From a virus, in the IMG/VR virus record IMGVR_UViG_3300042516_001671, positions 31,468 through 95,467 of that record: a DNA stretch of 64,000 nucleotides; one strand, 5' to 3'. Below are positions 17,211 to 26,504 of the stretch, in pieces (within the stretch, counting starts at the first letter, position 1; every line of letters starts with the position of its first letter). Under the pieces are notes generated by a model. That model did not search any database and had not been told where the DNA came from. It saw only the letters and a list, made by a program, of their open reading frames with translations. The position numbers and the translations under genes are program-made.

Positions 17211-19880
17211 TCATCCTCCGTAGGGCAATCCATAGGGCGACATTCTCAGCCCTGCTTGAACATCTGCAATGTTGGGCCGATCCTGTTCTTGCTTCTTCTG
17301 CTGATTCATCATTGCCATCAGCGCGAATAAGCCCTGTAGGTCTCCCATTGGCGAGCGGGTGGGCGCGGGTGGGCGCGGCGCCGGAGCGGGTGCTGGGGCT
17401 GGTGCCGGCGCAGGAGCGGGCGCAGGAGCAGGCGACGGGGCCGCGATGACATTCCCCGCGTAGTCCACGATGTTGCCCGTGGAGGACTCAAGTCCTTGAT
17501 CTGCGCCGCCAGGGACGATAGCACCAGGGACGCCATTCAGTTGCTCCAACAGGTCAAAAATTTCCTGCCCATAGTCCCCTTCGGTAGCAGCAGTATCTAG
17601 CGTCAGCGTGCCGCCGTAGGTTGGGTCAAAGACGCTTTCTTGCGTTAGGTCGTAACCTTCATCCACGCTTCCGACGCCACCCTCTGGCGGCAAAGTAGGA
17701 AGAATCTCTTCCAGGATTTGCTCCCACTCGTCCTTTGCTGGTAAACCAGTATCAATGACAGGTCGTTGGGTCGCGACATCTTCATCAATGTACTTGAAGA
17801 TGTCATCAAGCGACGGGGGAGGCGGCTCAACAGGAAGTGGTTCCGCAAAGGTCGGCTCTGCAGGAGGCTGCTCAACAACCGGTAATTCAACAAACGGCGG
17901 CTCTACAGGCGGTGGCTCAACAAACGGTGGTTCGGTAAGAAATGGCTCCTCAAACTCAGGAAAAAAGGGCGGCGGCTCAACAGGCGGTGGTTCTGTAAGA
18001 AGAGGCTCTTCAAACTCGGGGAAAATGGGTGGCGGCTCAGCAAGAGGCGGCTCAGCAGGAGCGGGTTCGGTAAGGGGCGGCTCCTCAAACTCGGGGAAAA
18101 GGGGTGGTTCTGCAACAGGCAGCTCTACAGGAGGCGGCTCTGTAAAAAGCGGTTCTTCAAACTCCGGGAATAGCGGCGTCTCTTCAAAGAACGGAGGCTC
18201 AACAGGAGGCGGCTCTACGGGCTCAGGCTCAACAGGCGCCAAGTCGTAAATATTGGGCGTGAAGTATTCCGGCTCGGGCTCGAAGAACGGCGGCGCTGTG
18301 ACCTCTACCGGGGGCTCATCAGACGGAGGTGCTTCTGTTGCTTCGCTGGGTGTCGTGATGTACGGCTCAACGAATTCATCCTTCGGCTGTTGAGTTTCTG
18401 GAGTGAAGATGTCGGGCTCTGCTGGCTCTGTGGGCAGCGTGACCGGCGGATTGATGTTCAGCAGTTCTTCTGCAAGATCTTCAATCGTTCTTTCAGTCTC
18501 AAAATCCCCGCTAAAAACATCTCCTTCACCGCCTGTAAACGCGTCTTCTTCAGACACAACATCGCGTGACGGCTGAACTACATCCAGGGCCCGTGAAGGA
18601 TCTCTGTATGCCTGATCAATAACGGCTTGCTGTTGATTTTCTTCAAGCTGTTGGACAAAGTCAGTAGCCGCCGTGAGCGCCTTCATCGGGTCGATCTTGC
18701 CGGAGGTGCCAAGCTCAACAGCCCCCCGAACAACGCTTGACGGCAGACCCAAAGTCTCACTAGCAGACCCAATAGCGGAGCCTGTCAAACTACCCACGAC
18801 AGCGTCGCCAAAGTCCTGCTTGCCGCTAAGCTCCCCCATGATGCCGCTGGTGATGGCACGCTCTGCAGCTTTCTCCAATGGGCCAAGGGATTCAGGCACA
18901 AGGCCGCTAACAACACTGGACACACCTGTGCCGGCCAAGGGCAAAACGCCTGCCTTGGCTACATCGCCCAGGTCACCGCCAGTGATTGCGGACAAGCCCG
19001 CATTCACAATGCCCTTACCTACCGCAGCCGTTACTGCAGCTTCCGAGACCCCCAATGCGCCTGCAATGCCCTTGGCTGCTTCAGCAGGAAGAAGCGCATT
19101 GCCAAGGGATGAGATTGCCTCTCCCCCGTAGCCAGGGATACCGACGACGGTTGTGGCTACCGGCAGCACAAAGTCCTTAAAGAAGGACTTGATGTCGTCG
19201 TCGTCGCCCGTCTTGGTCTGCGCAACAACCTCTCCAGACGGCAGTTTGAATCCCGTGTAGTTGTTGTAGTTATGGAAATTGCTGCGCTTGGAAACAAAGT
19301 CGTAGCCCTCTGCCCGCTTTTGGTCTACGAACTGCTGCAGTGCCCTTGTGGGATTGCCCTGCATGAAGCCGCCTTCACTATCGTAGCCGACTTCAAACAT
19401 TTGCCCCTTGAACCCAAGCTGCGGCGCAACTTGAGCCCAACGGCTGTAATCTACCGGGCCCTGAGACGGCACGCCTCCTTCGTCAGTCTGAACGTAGTCA
19501 GGAACCCATTCGGAGTAGATCTTTGACGCGGGCTCGTATGCTTGCGTAAACGGCAGTACCGCAGACTCCCAAGAGCCAAACGCTTTCTTGCTGAAAAACG
19601 GAGATGCCTTTTCAAAGCCTTCCAGCACCTTCATTGCATAGCCAAGGCGCTCCTGATCTGATGCCTTGGAAACATCCTCTGGGACGCTGTCGGCTGCGTC
19701 GGTGTAGTCACGAATGACGCGCTGCCCTGAGCCCTTGACATTGGTTCCCCAAGCGTCAAGAACCTTGTCAACCGCTGACTTGACCTTGGGGTCAACCACG
19801 CTGCGCTGCGCCATCAAGGCAGCCGGCATAACCGGCCCGAAGGAGTAGTCGATTGCGGAGTTATCAGGAGCTGTTGTCAT
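17211..19880 (-). CDS. Putative injection protein with Pro/Glu-rich repeats
   Basis: 889 aa; N-terminal segment homologous to 57479..59224; PEFEEP/EPP repeats and a (PA)n tract. Confidence 0.75.
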   Translation of the reverse strand: MTTAPDNSAIDYSFGPVMPAALMAQRSVVDPKVKSAVDKVLDAWGTNVKGSGQRVIRDYTDAADSVPEDVSKASDQERLGYAMKVLEGFEKASPFFSKKAFGSWESAVLPFTQAYEPASKIYSEWVPDYVQTDEGGVPSQGPVDYSRWAQVAPQLGFKGQMFEVGYDSEGGFMQGNPTRALQQFVDQKRAEGYDFVSKRSNFHNYNNYTGFKLPSGEVVAQTKTGDDDDIKSFFKDFVLPVATTVVGIPGYGGEAISSLGNALLPAEAAKGIAGALGVSEAAVTAAVGKGIVNAGLSAITGGDLGDVAKAGVLPLAGTGVSSVVSGLVPESLGPLEKAAERAITSGIMGELSGKQDFGDAVVGSLTGSAIGSASETLGLPSSVVRGAVELGTSGKIDPMKALTAATDFVQQLEENQQQAVIDQAYRDPSRALDVVQPSRDVVSEEDAFTGGEGDVFSGDFETERTIEDLAEELLNINPPVTLPTEPAEPDIFTPETQQPKDEFVEPYITTPSEATEAPPSDEPPVEVTAPPFFEPEPEYFTPNIYDLAPVEPEPVEPPPVEPPFFEETPLFPEFEEPLFTEPPPVELPVAEPPLFPEFEEPPLTEPAPAEPPLAEPPPIFPEFEEPLLTEPPPVEPPPFFPEFEEPFLTEPPFVEPPPVEPPFVELPVVEQPPAEPTFAEPLPVEPPPPSLDDIFKYIDEDVATQRPVIDTGLPAKDEWEQILEEILPTLPPEGGVGSVDEGYDLTQESVFDPTYGGTLTLDTAATEGDYGQEIFDLLEQLNGVPGAIVPGGADQGLESSTGNIVDYAGNVIAAPSPAPAPAPAPAPAPAPAPAPRPPAPTRSPMGDLQGLFALMAMMNQQKKQEQDRPNIADVQAGLRMSPYGLPYGG

Positions 19881-21226
19881 GTCAGATCCCAGAACGCCAT
19901 CGTGCCGATGGCATCATGCGTGCCGCTCAGTGCGCGAACCGCGATGGTGTAGGTATCGCTTACCCCCGCCAGAGTGGCGCCAAGCTGCAGATCCCAGTTG
20001 TAGTCGGCGCCATTGGCGATTGGTGCAGACGATTGCGTTGATGCCACGACATAGCTTGAGAAGATGATCGTGCCCCCGGTCAGGGCAGTGGCCGACAGGT
20101 CTTGCTCCACATTAGCCGATGGGGACGCTGCCCAAGAGGCGCCGGTCAAGGTGGCATTCTTGATCATCGCCACTTCAAACGTGACGGTTGAGGTCGCGGT
20201 TGGCAGCACCGAGTACCCGTCCGGGATCACAACCGCCCCCGTTCGTCCAGAAGCCAGCCTGATAGACATCAGAGGCACAAAGTTGACACCAATGTTGGTG
20301 TTGGCCGTCGTCATGCGGACAACGTCAGTAGCCACTCGCTTCTCATAGCCACCCTCAGAAATCACCGTGGAGCAGATCTGCTTGAGCGTAGCCGCAGTGC
20401 TGACCCCAGTGTTGGTGATCTCGTACCTGACCGGCAGGATTGCCGTGGTCATGTAAACGCTGGTCAGGTTGTTGGCGTTTTGGAACGTGTGGCAGATGAT
20501 GACCTGACCGTTGATGACAAACCCAGCCCGGACGGAGCCAACACCAAGCCACTCGAAGTCTTCCCAGAAGATCTGCGCCTTGGTCAAGTCAAGCGTGAAG
20601 CCCGAGTCTCCGGTGCCATTGAGCTTGTCGCCGTTCCAATCGGCCTGGGCCACGCGGGTGTCCACCGCCACCCCCGTGACATACGTCCTGCGGACGATGT
20701 ACACCGTGGTGCCGTCGCGCTCCAGGAACACCCCGTTTTCGGTGTTGAAGTAACCAATACGGATGCGTTGGTTCTCGTTTGCCGTGGGCATCACGAAGGT
20801 GTTCAGCACCAGCAGGCTTTTCCCAGGCTGGTAAGAGAATGACCGATACGTCTGGCGCACAACCTCCGAGCCGCTGCTCGTGGTGACGTTTAACTCAACC
20901 GTGCTGGAGTTGGCGCTGTAGGTCACATTGCCGCCCGTAGCGGTGCTCTCACTGAACAGGTCGTTCTTGGCGTAGCGGTTCTGGCTGTCGAACAGTGTGA
21001 AAGGCTGGCTGAAGCGAGCGCGTCCAAACGCATCCAGCGCGGAGCCGTAGAAATTAACCGCCACTGGGGATGCGCTCACAATCTGCTCCAGGAGGTTGTC
21101 AAGCTGGTTGAAGTAAATCCGCAGAACGCTCAGCAGCTTGTCGAAGTACTGCGGATCGTAGGTGCGCGAGGCGACCGGCAGTGCCGGAGCCTTGAACCGC
21201 TTGATGATGTTGGCCCAGATACTCAC
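19877..21226 (-). CDS. Virion structural protein
   Basis: APALP...YD...LRIYFNQLD N-terminus; DAFGRARFSQPFTLFDS beta-rich domain. Confidence 0.75.
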   Translation of the reverse strand: MSIWANIIKRFKAPALPVASRTYDPQYFDKLLSVLRIYFNQLDNLLEQIVSASPVAVNFYGSALDAFGRARFSQPFTLFDSQNRYAKNDLFSESTATGGNVTYSANSSTVELNVTTSSGSEVVRQTYRSFSYQPGKSLLVLNTFVMPTANENQRIRIGYFNTENGVFLERDGTTVYIVRRTYVTGVAVDTRVAQADWNGDKLNGTGDSGFTLDLTKAQIFWEDFEWLGVGSVRAGFVINGQVIICHTFQNANNLTSVYMTTAILPVRYEITNTGVSTAATLKQICSTVISEGGYEKRVATDVVRMTTANTNIGVNFVPLMSIRLASGRTGAVVIPDGYSVLPTATSTVTFEVAMIKNATLTGASWAASPSANVEQDLSATALTGGTIIFSSYVVASTQSSAPIANGADYNWDLQLGATLAGVSDTYTIAVRALSGTHDAIGTMAFWDLT

Positions 21227-23376
21227 GATTTGCGCCCGTCAGGACGAAGATCGATCCGGAACTTGCCCAACTGCCACTGCACGCCCAGCGAGTTTGAACG
21301 CGCCTTGACCGCCATCTGCCTGCCGCGCACGCGGATGTACAGGTTGCCCTGGTAGGGTGTGATGGTGCCTGAGAAGCGCTCGACGCCGTTGTTGGCGTCA
21401 CGCTGGATCGTGCGCTCGTTGTTGAGTGCCACCGACATGTTGGCCGAAGGCGCCACGTTCGTCACCCCCCGCGTGTACCCGGAGCCCGAGTTCTGCAGGG
21501 GCAGGAGCGACATATTCAGGGACTGGTTCTCAACCGCTGTGGTAGACCCTGCAAAAGTCACATCAGGCAGCATCCGCGTGACAAAGCCAAAGTTGTGGCC
21601 GTCGTCAATGTCGAATTCGGAGGAAACGATGTAGGAGTCAATAGCCACTGGAGGATTCACCGACCCGTCGTCACAACCGATCTCGTGGTACAGCAGTTGA
21701 TAGTTGTAGTCCGCTGCTACGGGGATGTTGGAAAAGACACTGGCGTCGTTCCAAGCCGTCCGAGCCATGCTGCCGTAGTACCAGATCTTTTCAGCGTAGT
21801 TGTAGACGGCGTAGCGGTCAACCGTAGTTGAGGAAGCGGAGCAGTAGAACCACCACACTTCACTGAACTGCTCAACGGTGGACGCAAAGACCTGAAGGTT
21901 TTGGCCTTGATTGAAGTCGTCAAAGATGAACTTGCGGATGTCGCACTGAAGCGTGCTCGTGCGCCCGTCGAAGACGTAGAACTTCTCGTCGCCCATCCAG
22001 TACACCACGCCCGCCGCCACAGCCCAGGCGCGGTCACTGACGATGGTGACGTTGTCAGCAAGGATCTGCGAGCCCCAGACGATGGGCGGGCCGAGGTACT
22101 GCAGGGAGTACAGCGCCGTGTCCGTCCAGACCAGGATCTCCTGACGCGTTTGCGCCACGGCAGCGATTGCCGAGCCCCGAGACAGCGTCAGACTTCCCGC
22201 CTGCCCCGTAGCGGCGGGGGTCCAGTTGGCGGCGCTTTCCTGATCCGACCAGCGAATCAGCATGGGGTTGAGCGTGGTCGAGCCATAGTCCGTCGTGCCG
22301 AAGGCTAGGACGAAGCGCGAGGCGTCGGAGACAAGCCGGAAGAGCGCCGCAGACGGCGTGTCGCTGGCGCCGGGCAGGGTGGAGATGTCTACACCACGGT
22401 TCGTGAATCCCGCTGAAGAGTCCCAGTAATAGATCCCGCCGCCCTTGGGGCCGTAGATTAGATCCTCACCGAAGTTGGCGTGGTTCCACAGCCCGATCTG
22501 CAGGGGGTTGCCGAAAGTGAACGCCCCGCCCCCGCCCCAGCTACCGCTGCCCCAGCCGCCCCCGCCCCAGCCCGTGCTTGTCGTACTGGTAACCTGTTGG
22601 AGTTCCGACCCAGCGCTGACTTGGTAGTTAGACACTACCCCTGCACCACCTGAAGCACTAGAGGTAGCGTTGGTGGACGCTTGGATGAAATACGTAGCTA
22701 CGTTCTCAGCGCCAAGCTGCGCGCCCGCAGGGATGTCGCTCGTAAACGCACTGCTGAGCGTGTACACGCCCGCCCCGCCCGTACCAGTGATTGTGCGCGT
22801 CTCACCGTTGTAATCCAGCGAAGCACCGGAAACAATGATCCCTGGAGAGTTGACTGCACTGACAGTCAACGTAGTGCCGCTGGATGAGCAAGTGATCAGC
22901 GTGACGTTCGAGAGGATTTGATACTCGGAAGTACCGCCGACACCTGCGGTATTGAGGTTTATGCCACCAATAGTCCCGGGGGACGTAAAGGTGACGTAGG
23001 AACCCACCGTGAGCAGTCCGTTGACGAACGTCCCGACACCGGTAGAGGTGTCAACCACGGCGACATACGGGAAGCCGTTATAGGTGTTGAGAGACGTCAG
23101 CGCCCCAGTGACTCGGATCGGCGTGATGTCGTAGTACTGCCCGTAGTACACGTAGTACTTCAGGTGCGTGCCAAGGCCCAGGTAGATGTTCCAAGGCCAC
23201 AGGGCACGACAGACACCCAGGAAGGTATCGTTGTTGAGTTGTTGCCAGCCGCCGATCTTCTCCGGTTGCCCGGAGCGAAAACGCACTTTGTCGCACTCGT
23301 ACCATCCGCCTTCTGCGGAGTAGCGGGTGTTTTCCCGGAAGATCCCGGGACGAAGTTGTAGCGTCTTCAGGGGCAT
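21223..23376 (-). CDS. Tail hub / DNA stabilization protein (P22 gp10 / tail tubular B-like)
   Basis: Beta-propeller-type motifs IRWSDQE, YWMG...FYVFDG, FSEVWWFY; ends RIDLRPDGRK. Confidence 0.75.
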   Translation of the reverse strand: MPLKTLQLRPGIFRENTRYSAEGGWYECDKVRFRSGQPEKIGGWQQLNNDTFLGVCRALWPWNIYLGLGTHLKYYVYYGQYYDITPIRVTGALTSLNTYNGFPYVAVVDTSTGVGTFVNGLLTVGSYVTFTSPGTIGGINLNTAGVGGTSEYQILSNVTLITCSSSGTTLTVSAVNSPGIIVSGASLDYNGETRTITGTGGAGVYTLSSAFTSDIPAGAQLGAENVATYFIQASTNATSSASGGAGVVSNYQVSAGSELQQVTSTTSTGWGGGGWGSGSWGGGGAFTFGNPLQIGLWNHANFGEDLIYGPKGGGIYYWDSSAGFTNRGVDISTLPGASDTPSAALFRLVSDASRFVLAFGTTDYGSTTLNPMLIRWSDQESAANWTPAATGQAGSLTLSRGSAIAAVAQTRQEILVWTDTALYSLQYLGPPIVWGSQILADNVTIVSDRAWAVAAGVVYWMGDEKFYVFDGRTSTLQCDIRKFIFDDFNQGQNLQVFASTVEQFSEVWWFYCSASSTTVDRYAVYNYAEKIWYYGSMARTAWNDASVFSNIPVAADYNYQLLYHEIGCDDGSVNPPVAIDSYIVSSEFDIDDGHNFGFVTRMLPDVTFAGSTTAVENQSLNMSLLPLQNSGSGYTRGVTNVAPSANMSVALNNERTIQRDANNGVERFSGTITPYQGNLYIRVRGRQMAVKARSNSLGVQWQLGKFRIDLRPDGRKS

Positions 23377-23380
23377 AGCA

Positions 23381-23908
23381 TTACCTCAAGAACAGCGTCC
23401 GCTCATCACGGCGGCGCTTGACGAGGCCCGGAAGTTCTTTGCCGCCACCTTTGGTCCACTGCATGAACGCATCAGCAGCCCCTTCAATATCACCGCGATT
23501 GGCCTTCATGCGGATCTGACTGCGCTGGAGGTTGCCTAGCCCTGCATTGAACGCAAAACTGACCAAAGCGTCGAACCGGCCTTGATGACCAGCACAGCCG
23601 GGAACCAGACGAAGAACGCCTCGTTCAAAAGCAGCGACATCCATCGAGAATAGTCTCTCGATCTCTTCCTTGGACCAGACACGGTTGTCCTCCGGCTTGA
23701 GCGGGTACTCCCGACGGATCATCGGGATGTCCTGCGTGGTCTTGTCAGGCGGACGCACCATGGGTAGGCGAATCTGATCCTGATACAGAACATGCCCGTA
23801 CCCAATGGTCCAGATGTGCGCAGGGCACAGGTAGGGCCGCGTGCGGTAGCCCTCGTACCTGTGCATGAGATCTGCGCCAACCGGGCTCAGTTTCACTTCT
23901 TGCTCCAC
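23381..23908 (-). CDS. Endolysin, GH24 lysozyme
   Basis: EG...PYLCPAHIWTIGYGH (E-x8-C-x5-T), FDALVSFAFNAG, LPGLVKRRRDE. Confidence 0.93.
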   Translation of the reverse strand: MEQEVKLSPVGADLMHRYEGYRTRPYLCPAHIWTIGYGHVLYQDQIRLPMVRPPDKTTQDIPMIRREYPLKPEDNRVWSKEEIERLFSMDVAAFERGVLRLVPGCAGHQGRFDALVSFAFNAGLGNLQRSQIRMKANRGDIEGAADAFMQWTKGGGKELPGLVKRRRDERTLFLR

Positions 23909-24396
23909 TGCCGACTCCCGAACCAGAAGCTGATGATGCCGCTTAACATCACCATTTCATCTTCGCTAAAGATGATGGCCGTCACGCGGATCAGGTCATC
24001 AACACTCTGGATCAGGCCAGGATGCTTCCAGACATAGAGCGTCAGGGCTGCGTTGATCAACACAAGCTCGATGATGAAGATGTAGGTGACCGTGGGGCGC
24101 ACCGTCCCAACGTAGTTCGCCACCCACCGGCTGGCACGATCCAAGACCTTCTCGTCGTGCTGCAGCGCAGCCTGGGTCATCTGCGCCTCAGTCTGCATCG
24201 CAACCTGCTCGGTGCGGATCTCCTCCATCTTGGCCTGGGCGGCATAGCCCTGGGCGGCAAGCTGAAGCTCGCGCTCCGTCTGGAGCCGCGCCATTGCGAT
24301 CTCGTGCTTCTGGTCGGACTTGTTCTGGAAGAACTCCAGCAGTTTTGGCAGACCGCTGATCAGGAGGCCACCGAGGGTGGAGAGCAGGCTGAGCAT
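23893..24396 (-). CDS. Holin-like protein (GTA 3TM holin type)
   Basis: VRPTVTY and IISFWFGSR motifs, TM segments, adjacent to the lysozyme. Confidence 0.75.
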   Translation of the reverse strand: MLSLLSTLGGLLISGLPKLLEFFQNKSDQKHEIAMARLQTERELQLAAQGYAAQAKMEEIRTEQVAMQTEAQMTQAALQHDEKVLDRASRWVANYVGTVRPTVTYIFIIELVLINAALTLYVWKHPGLIQSVDDLIRVTAIIFSEDEMVMLSGIISFWFGSRQWSKK

Positions 24397-24398
24397 GA

Positions 24399-24809
24399 TT
24401 ACCCCTTGGTCGTGATGACATCATCACCGCGCTGGACAGTGACCTTGTCGCCTTCCACATTGACCTTCATAGACGGCTCATGCCGCTCAGGCTTGTCCAG
24501 CCGGTCGATCAGTTCCTTGATGATGGTGATCTCGGGCTTCTCTTCCTTCTTGGTCTCGTTGACGATGCCGTTGACCATCTGTATTAAAGCCATGGTGGCG
24601 GTTGCCACAAGCCCAATGACGGCAGGCAGCGCCTCGGTATTTAGGAAGGCCGACGACACCACGCCCACGAGGACCAGCAGAAAGATCCAGATGATGGCCG
24701 TCTTTCCGATGGCCTTGGCCGCGACCTCTTTTGCTGTGGCTTGAGCCTCTAGGCGCTGAAGTTCTACAGCAGCCTGTGCCTTCAAGGTTTTCAGATCAAT
24801 TGGTTCCAT
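24399..24809 (-). CDS. Two-TM membrane protein of the lysis region
   Basis: Start MEPIDL at 24809; two hydrophobic helices. Confidence 0.65.
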   Translation of the reverse strand: MEPIDLKTLKAQAAVELQRLEAQATAKEVAAKAIGKTAIIWIFLLVLVGVVSSAFLNTEALPAVIGLVATATMALIQMVNGIVNETKKEEKPEITIIKELIDRLDKPERHEPSMKVNVEGDKVTVQRGDDVITTKG

Positions 24810-25081
24810 CACAACATCCTGGGTTCCCGGAAGGCTCGTGCCGGGATCACGGAAACATCCCCGTCGAGCCATGCGATTTGAACAGAGTCGGCGCTCAGAA
24901 TCCAGCAGCCCGGCACGCGAATCTTTTCCTTGATAAACAAAGCCCATCGAGCCGCGCCAACGCATGGTCCCGGCTCCCGATGAAGCTCAACACGGACCTC
25001 CCCGTCCCAGGCTTCAGCGATTACATCGCCTGCCGCGCTGCCTGCGAGCAGCAAGCTGAGCAAGGCGACGAGATAGCGCAT
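24809..25081 (-). CDS. Small secreted two-Cys protein, paralog of 52792..53064
   Basis: Signal peptide MRYLVALLSLLLAGSAAG; GPC...GCW...IAW.DG. Confidence 0.7.
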   Translation of the reverse strand: MRYLVALLSLLLAGSAAGDVIAEAWDGEVRVELHREPGPCVGAARWALFIKEKIRVPGCWILSADSVQIAWLDGDVSVIPARAFREPRML

Positions 25082-25085
25082 GACG

Positions 25086-25187
25086 TTATCCTTTACCCTC
25101 GGCAAACACGTTCACAAATACCGTACCGTCTTCCAACGCTTCTATCTCATGCCATTCGTTGGCGGCAAGGGTGGTGATCGGTGCCAT
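25086..25187 (-). pseudogene. Probable truncated cupin-like gene remnant (33 aa)
   Basis: MAPITTLAANEWHEIEALEDGTVFVNVFAEGKG resembles only the C-terminal cupin motif. Confidence 0.4.
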
Positions 25188-25188
25188 G

Positions 25189-25491
25189 CTACTCCTCCAA
25201 TTTCTGTCGCAACGCATCCAACACAAACGTCGCCTTGCGCTGTTCCAGTCGCTCTGTCAAAAGCGTGCGCTCCAGTTTGTCCTTGAACTGCAAGTCCGAC
25301 AGCAACTGAATTTCCTCAAACGACCACTGCTCAATGAGCGAGACCGGCTCCGCTGCACGGTGCGGCAATAGGCGCTCGGGCCAATGCGGCAGCAGGGCAA
25401 TCATGGCCGTGTAGTTGTCGATGTTGATCTGGTAGTGCGCGATTTCATCCTCGCGCTGCTTGATAGCTTCGGTGAGTTGTTCTTGGTTCAT
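25189..25491 (-). CDS. Helical protein, possible tail-fibre chaperone
   Basis: Coiled-coil character; directly follows the propeller gene. Confidence 0.6.
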   Translation of the reverse strand: MNQEQLTEAIKQREDEIAHYQINIDNYTAMIALLPHWPERLLPHRAAEPVSLIEQWSFEEIQLLSDLQFKDKLERTLLTERLEQRKATFVLDALRQKLEE

Positions 25492-26504
25492 ATCGTTCTC
25501 CAGGTTACGCCTTTACCATTTCCGGCAGGCAAAGTTGACGGGTTTGTATATTTAGTACCAAAACCTGCGCTCCAAGGATAAACAGAAATAAATGGTGTAG
25601 TGGTGTGAGCCACTGCAATGTCAGCACCTGATGAAGAAAATGCTACGCCCAAACCATTTCCCGTAGGTAAAGTGGCTGGATTGGAGTATTTGGTTCCAAA
25701 ACCCGAACTCCAAACCCAGGCGGAAATACGAGGTGACGTATCATGAGCAATAGCTATGTCTGCGCCTGATGGAGAAAATGCTATACCATTTCCGGTCCCA
25801 GTAGCCAAAGTTGACGGGTTTGTGTATTTAGTACCAAAACCTGAACTCCAGGGGTATACGGTAATATATGGATTATTGTTGTGAGTAACGGCTATATCCG
25901 CTCCAGAAGGAGAAAATGCTACGCCATAACACTCACCCGTAGGTAAAGTGGCTGGGTTTGCATACTTTGTTCCAAAGCCCGAACTCCAAGGATAAACGGA
26001 TATCCATGGTGTTGAACCAAAATGGCCTACTGCAATGTCCGCACCCGAGGGAGAAAATGCTACGCCCAAACCAGTTCCGGCAGGTGACGTGGCTGGGTTT
26101 GCGTATTTGGTGCCAAATCCAGAACTCCAAGGATAAACAGAAATAAATGGTGTAGTGGTGTGAGCCACTGCAATGTCAGCACCTGATGGAGAAAATGCCA
26201 CCCCATTTCCAGTTCCGGTAGGTAACGTGGCTGGATCGGCGTATTTTGTGCCAAAGCCTGCGCTCCATGGGTAAACGGAGATAAAGGGTGTAGTGTCGTG
26301 AGCCACTGCAATGTCCGCACCCGAGGGAGAAAATGCTACGCCCAAACCAGTTCCGGCAGGTAACGTGGCTGGATCGGAGTATTTGGTTCCAAACCCGCCA
26401 CTCCATGGGTAAACGGAAATAAAGGGTGAAGTGGCGTGAGCCACTGCAATATACGCAGTAGCAATAAATGCGCTTTCCCTTATTGCACGCGCAGCAAAAG
26501 TCAT
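25488..26504 (-). CDS. Seven-bladed beta-propeller repeat protein
   Basis: About seven near-identical 46-aa (138-bp) repeats IAVAH.TTPFISVYPWS.GFGTKY.NPATLP.G.G.GVAFSPSGAD. Confidence 0.85.
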   Translation of the reverse strand: MTFAARAIRESAFIATAYIAVAHATSPFISVYPWSGGFGTKYSDPATLPAGTGLGVAFSPSGADIAVAHDTTPFISVYPWSAGFGTKYADPATLPTGTGNGVAFSPSGADIAVAHTTTPFISVYPWSSGFGTKYANPATSPAGTGLGVAFSPSGADIAVGHFGSTPWISVYPWSSGFGTKYANPATLPTGECYGVAFSPSGADIAVTHNNNPYITVYPWSSGFGTKYTNPSTLATGTGNGIAFSPSGADIAIAHDTSPRISAWVWSSGFGTKYSNPATLPTGNGLGVAFSSSGADIAVAHTTTPFISVYPWSAGFGTKYTNPSTLPAGNGKGVTWRTI

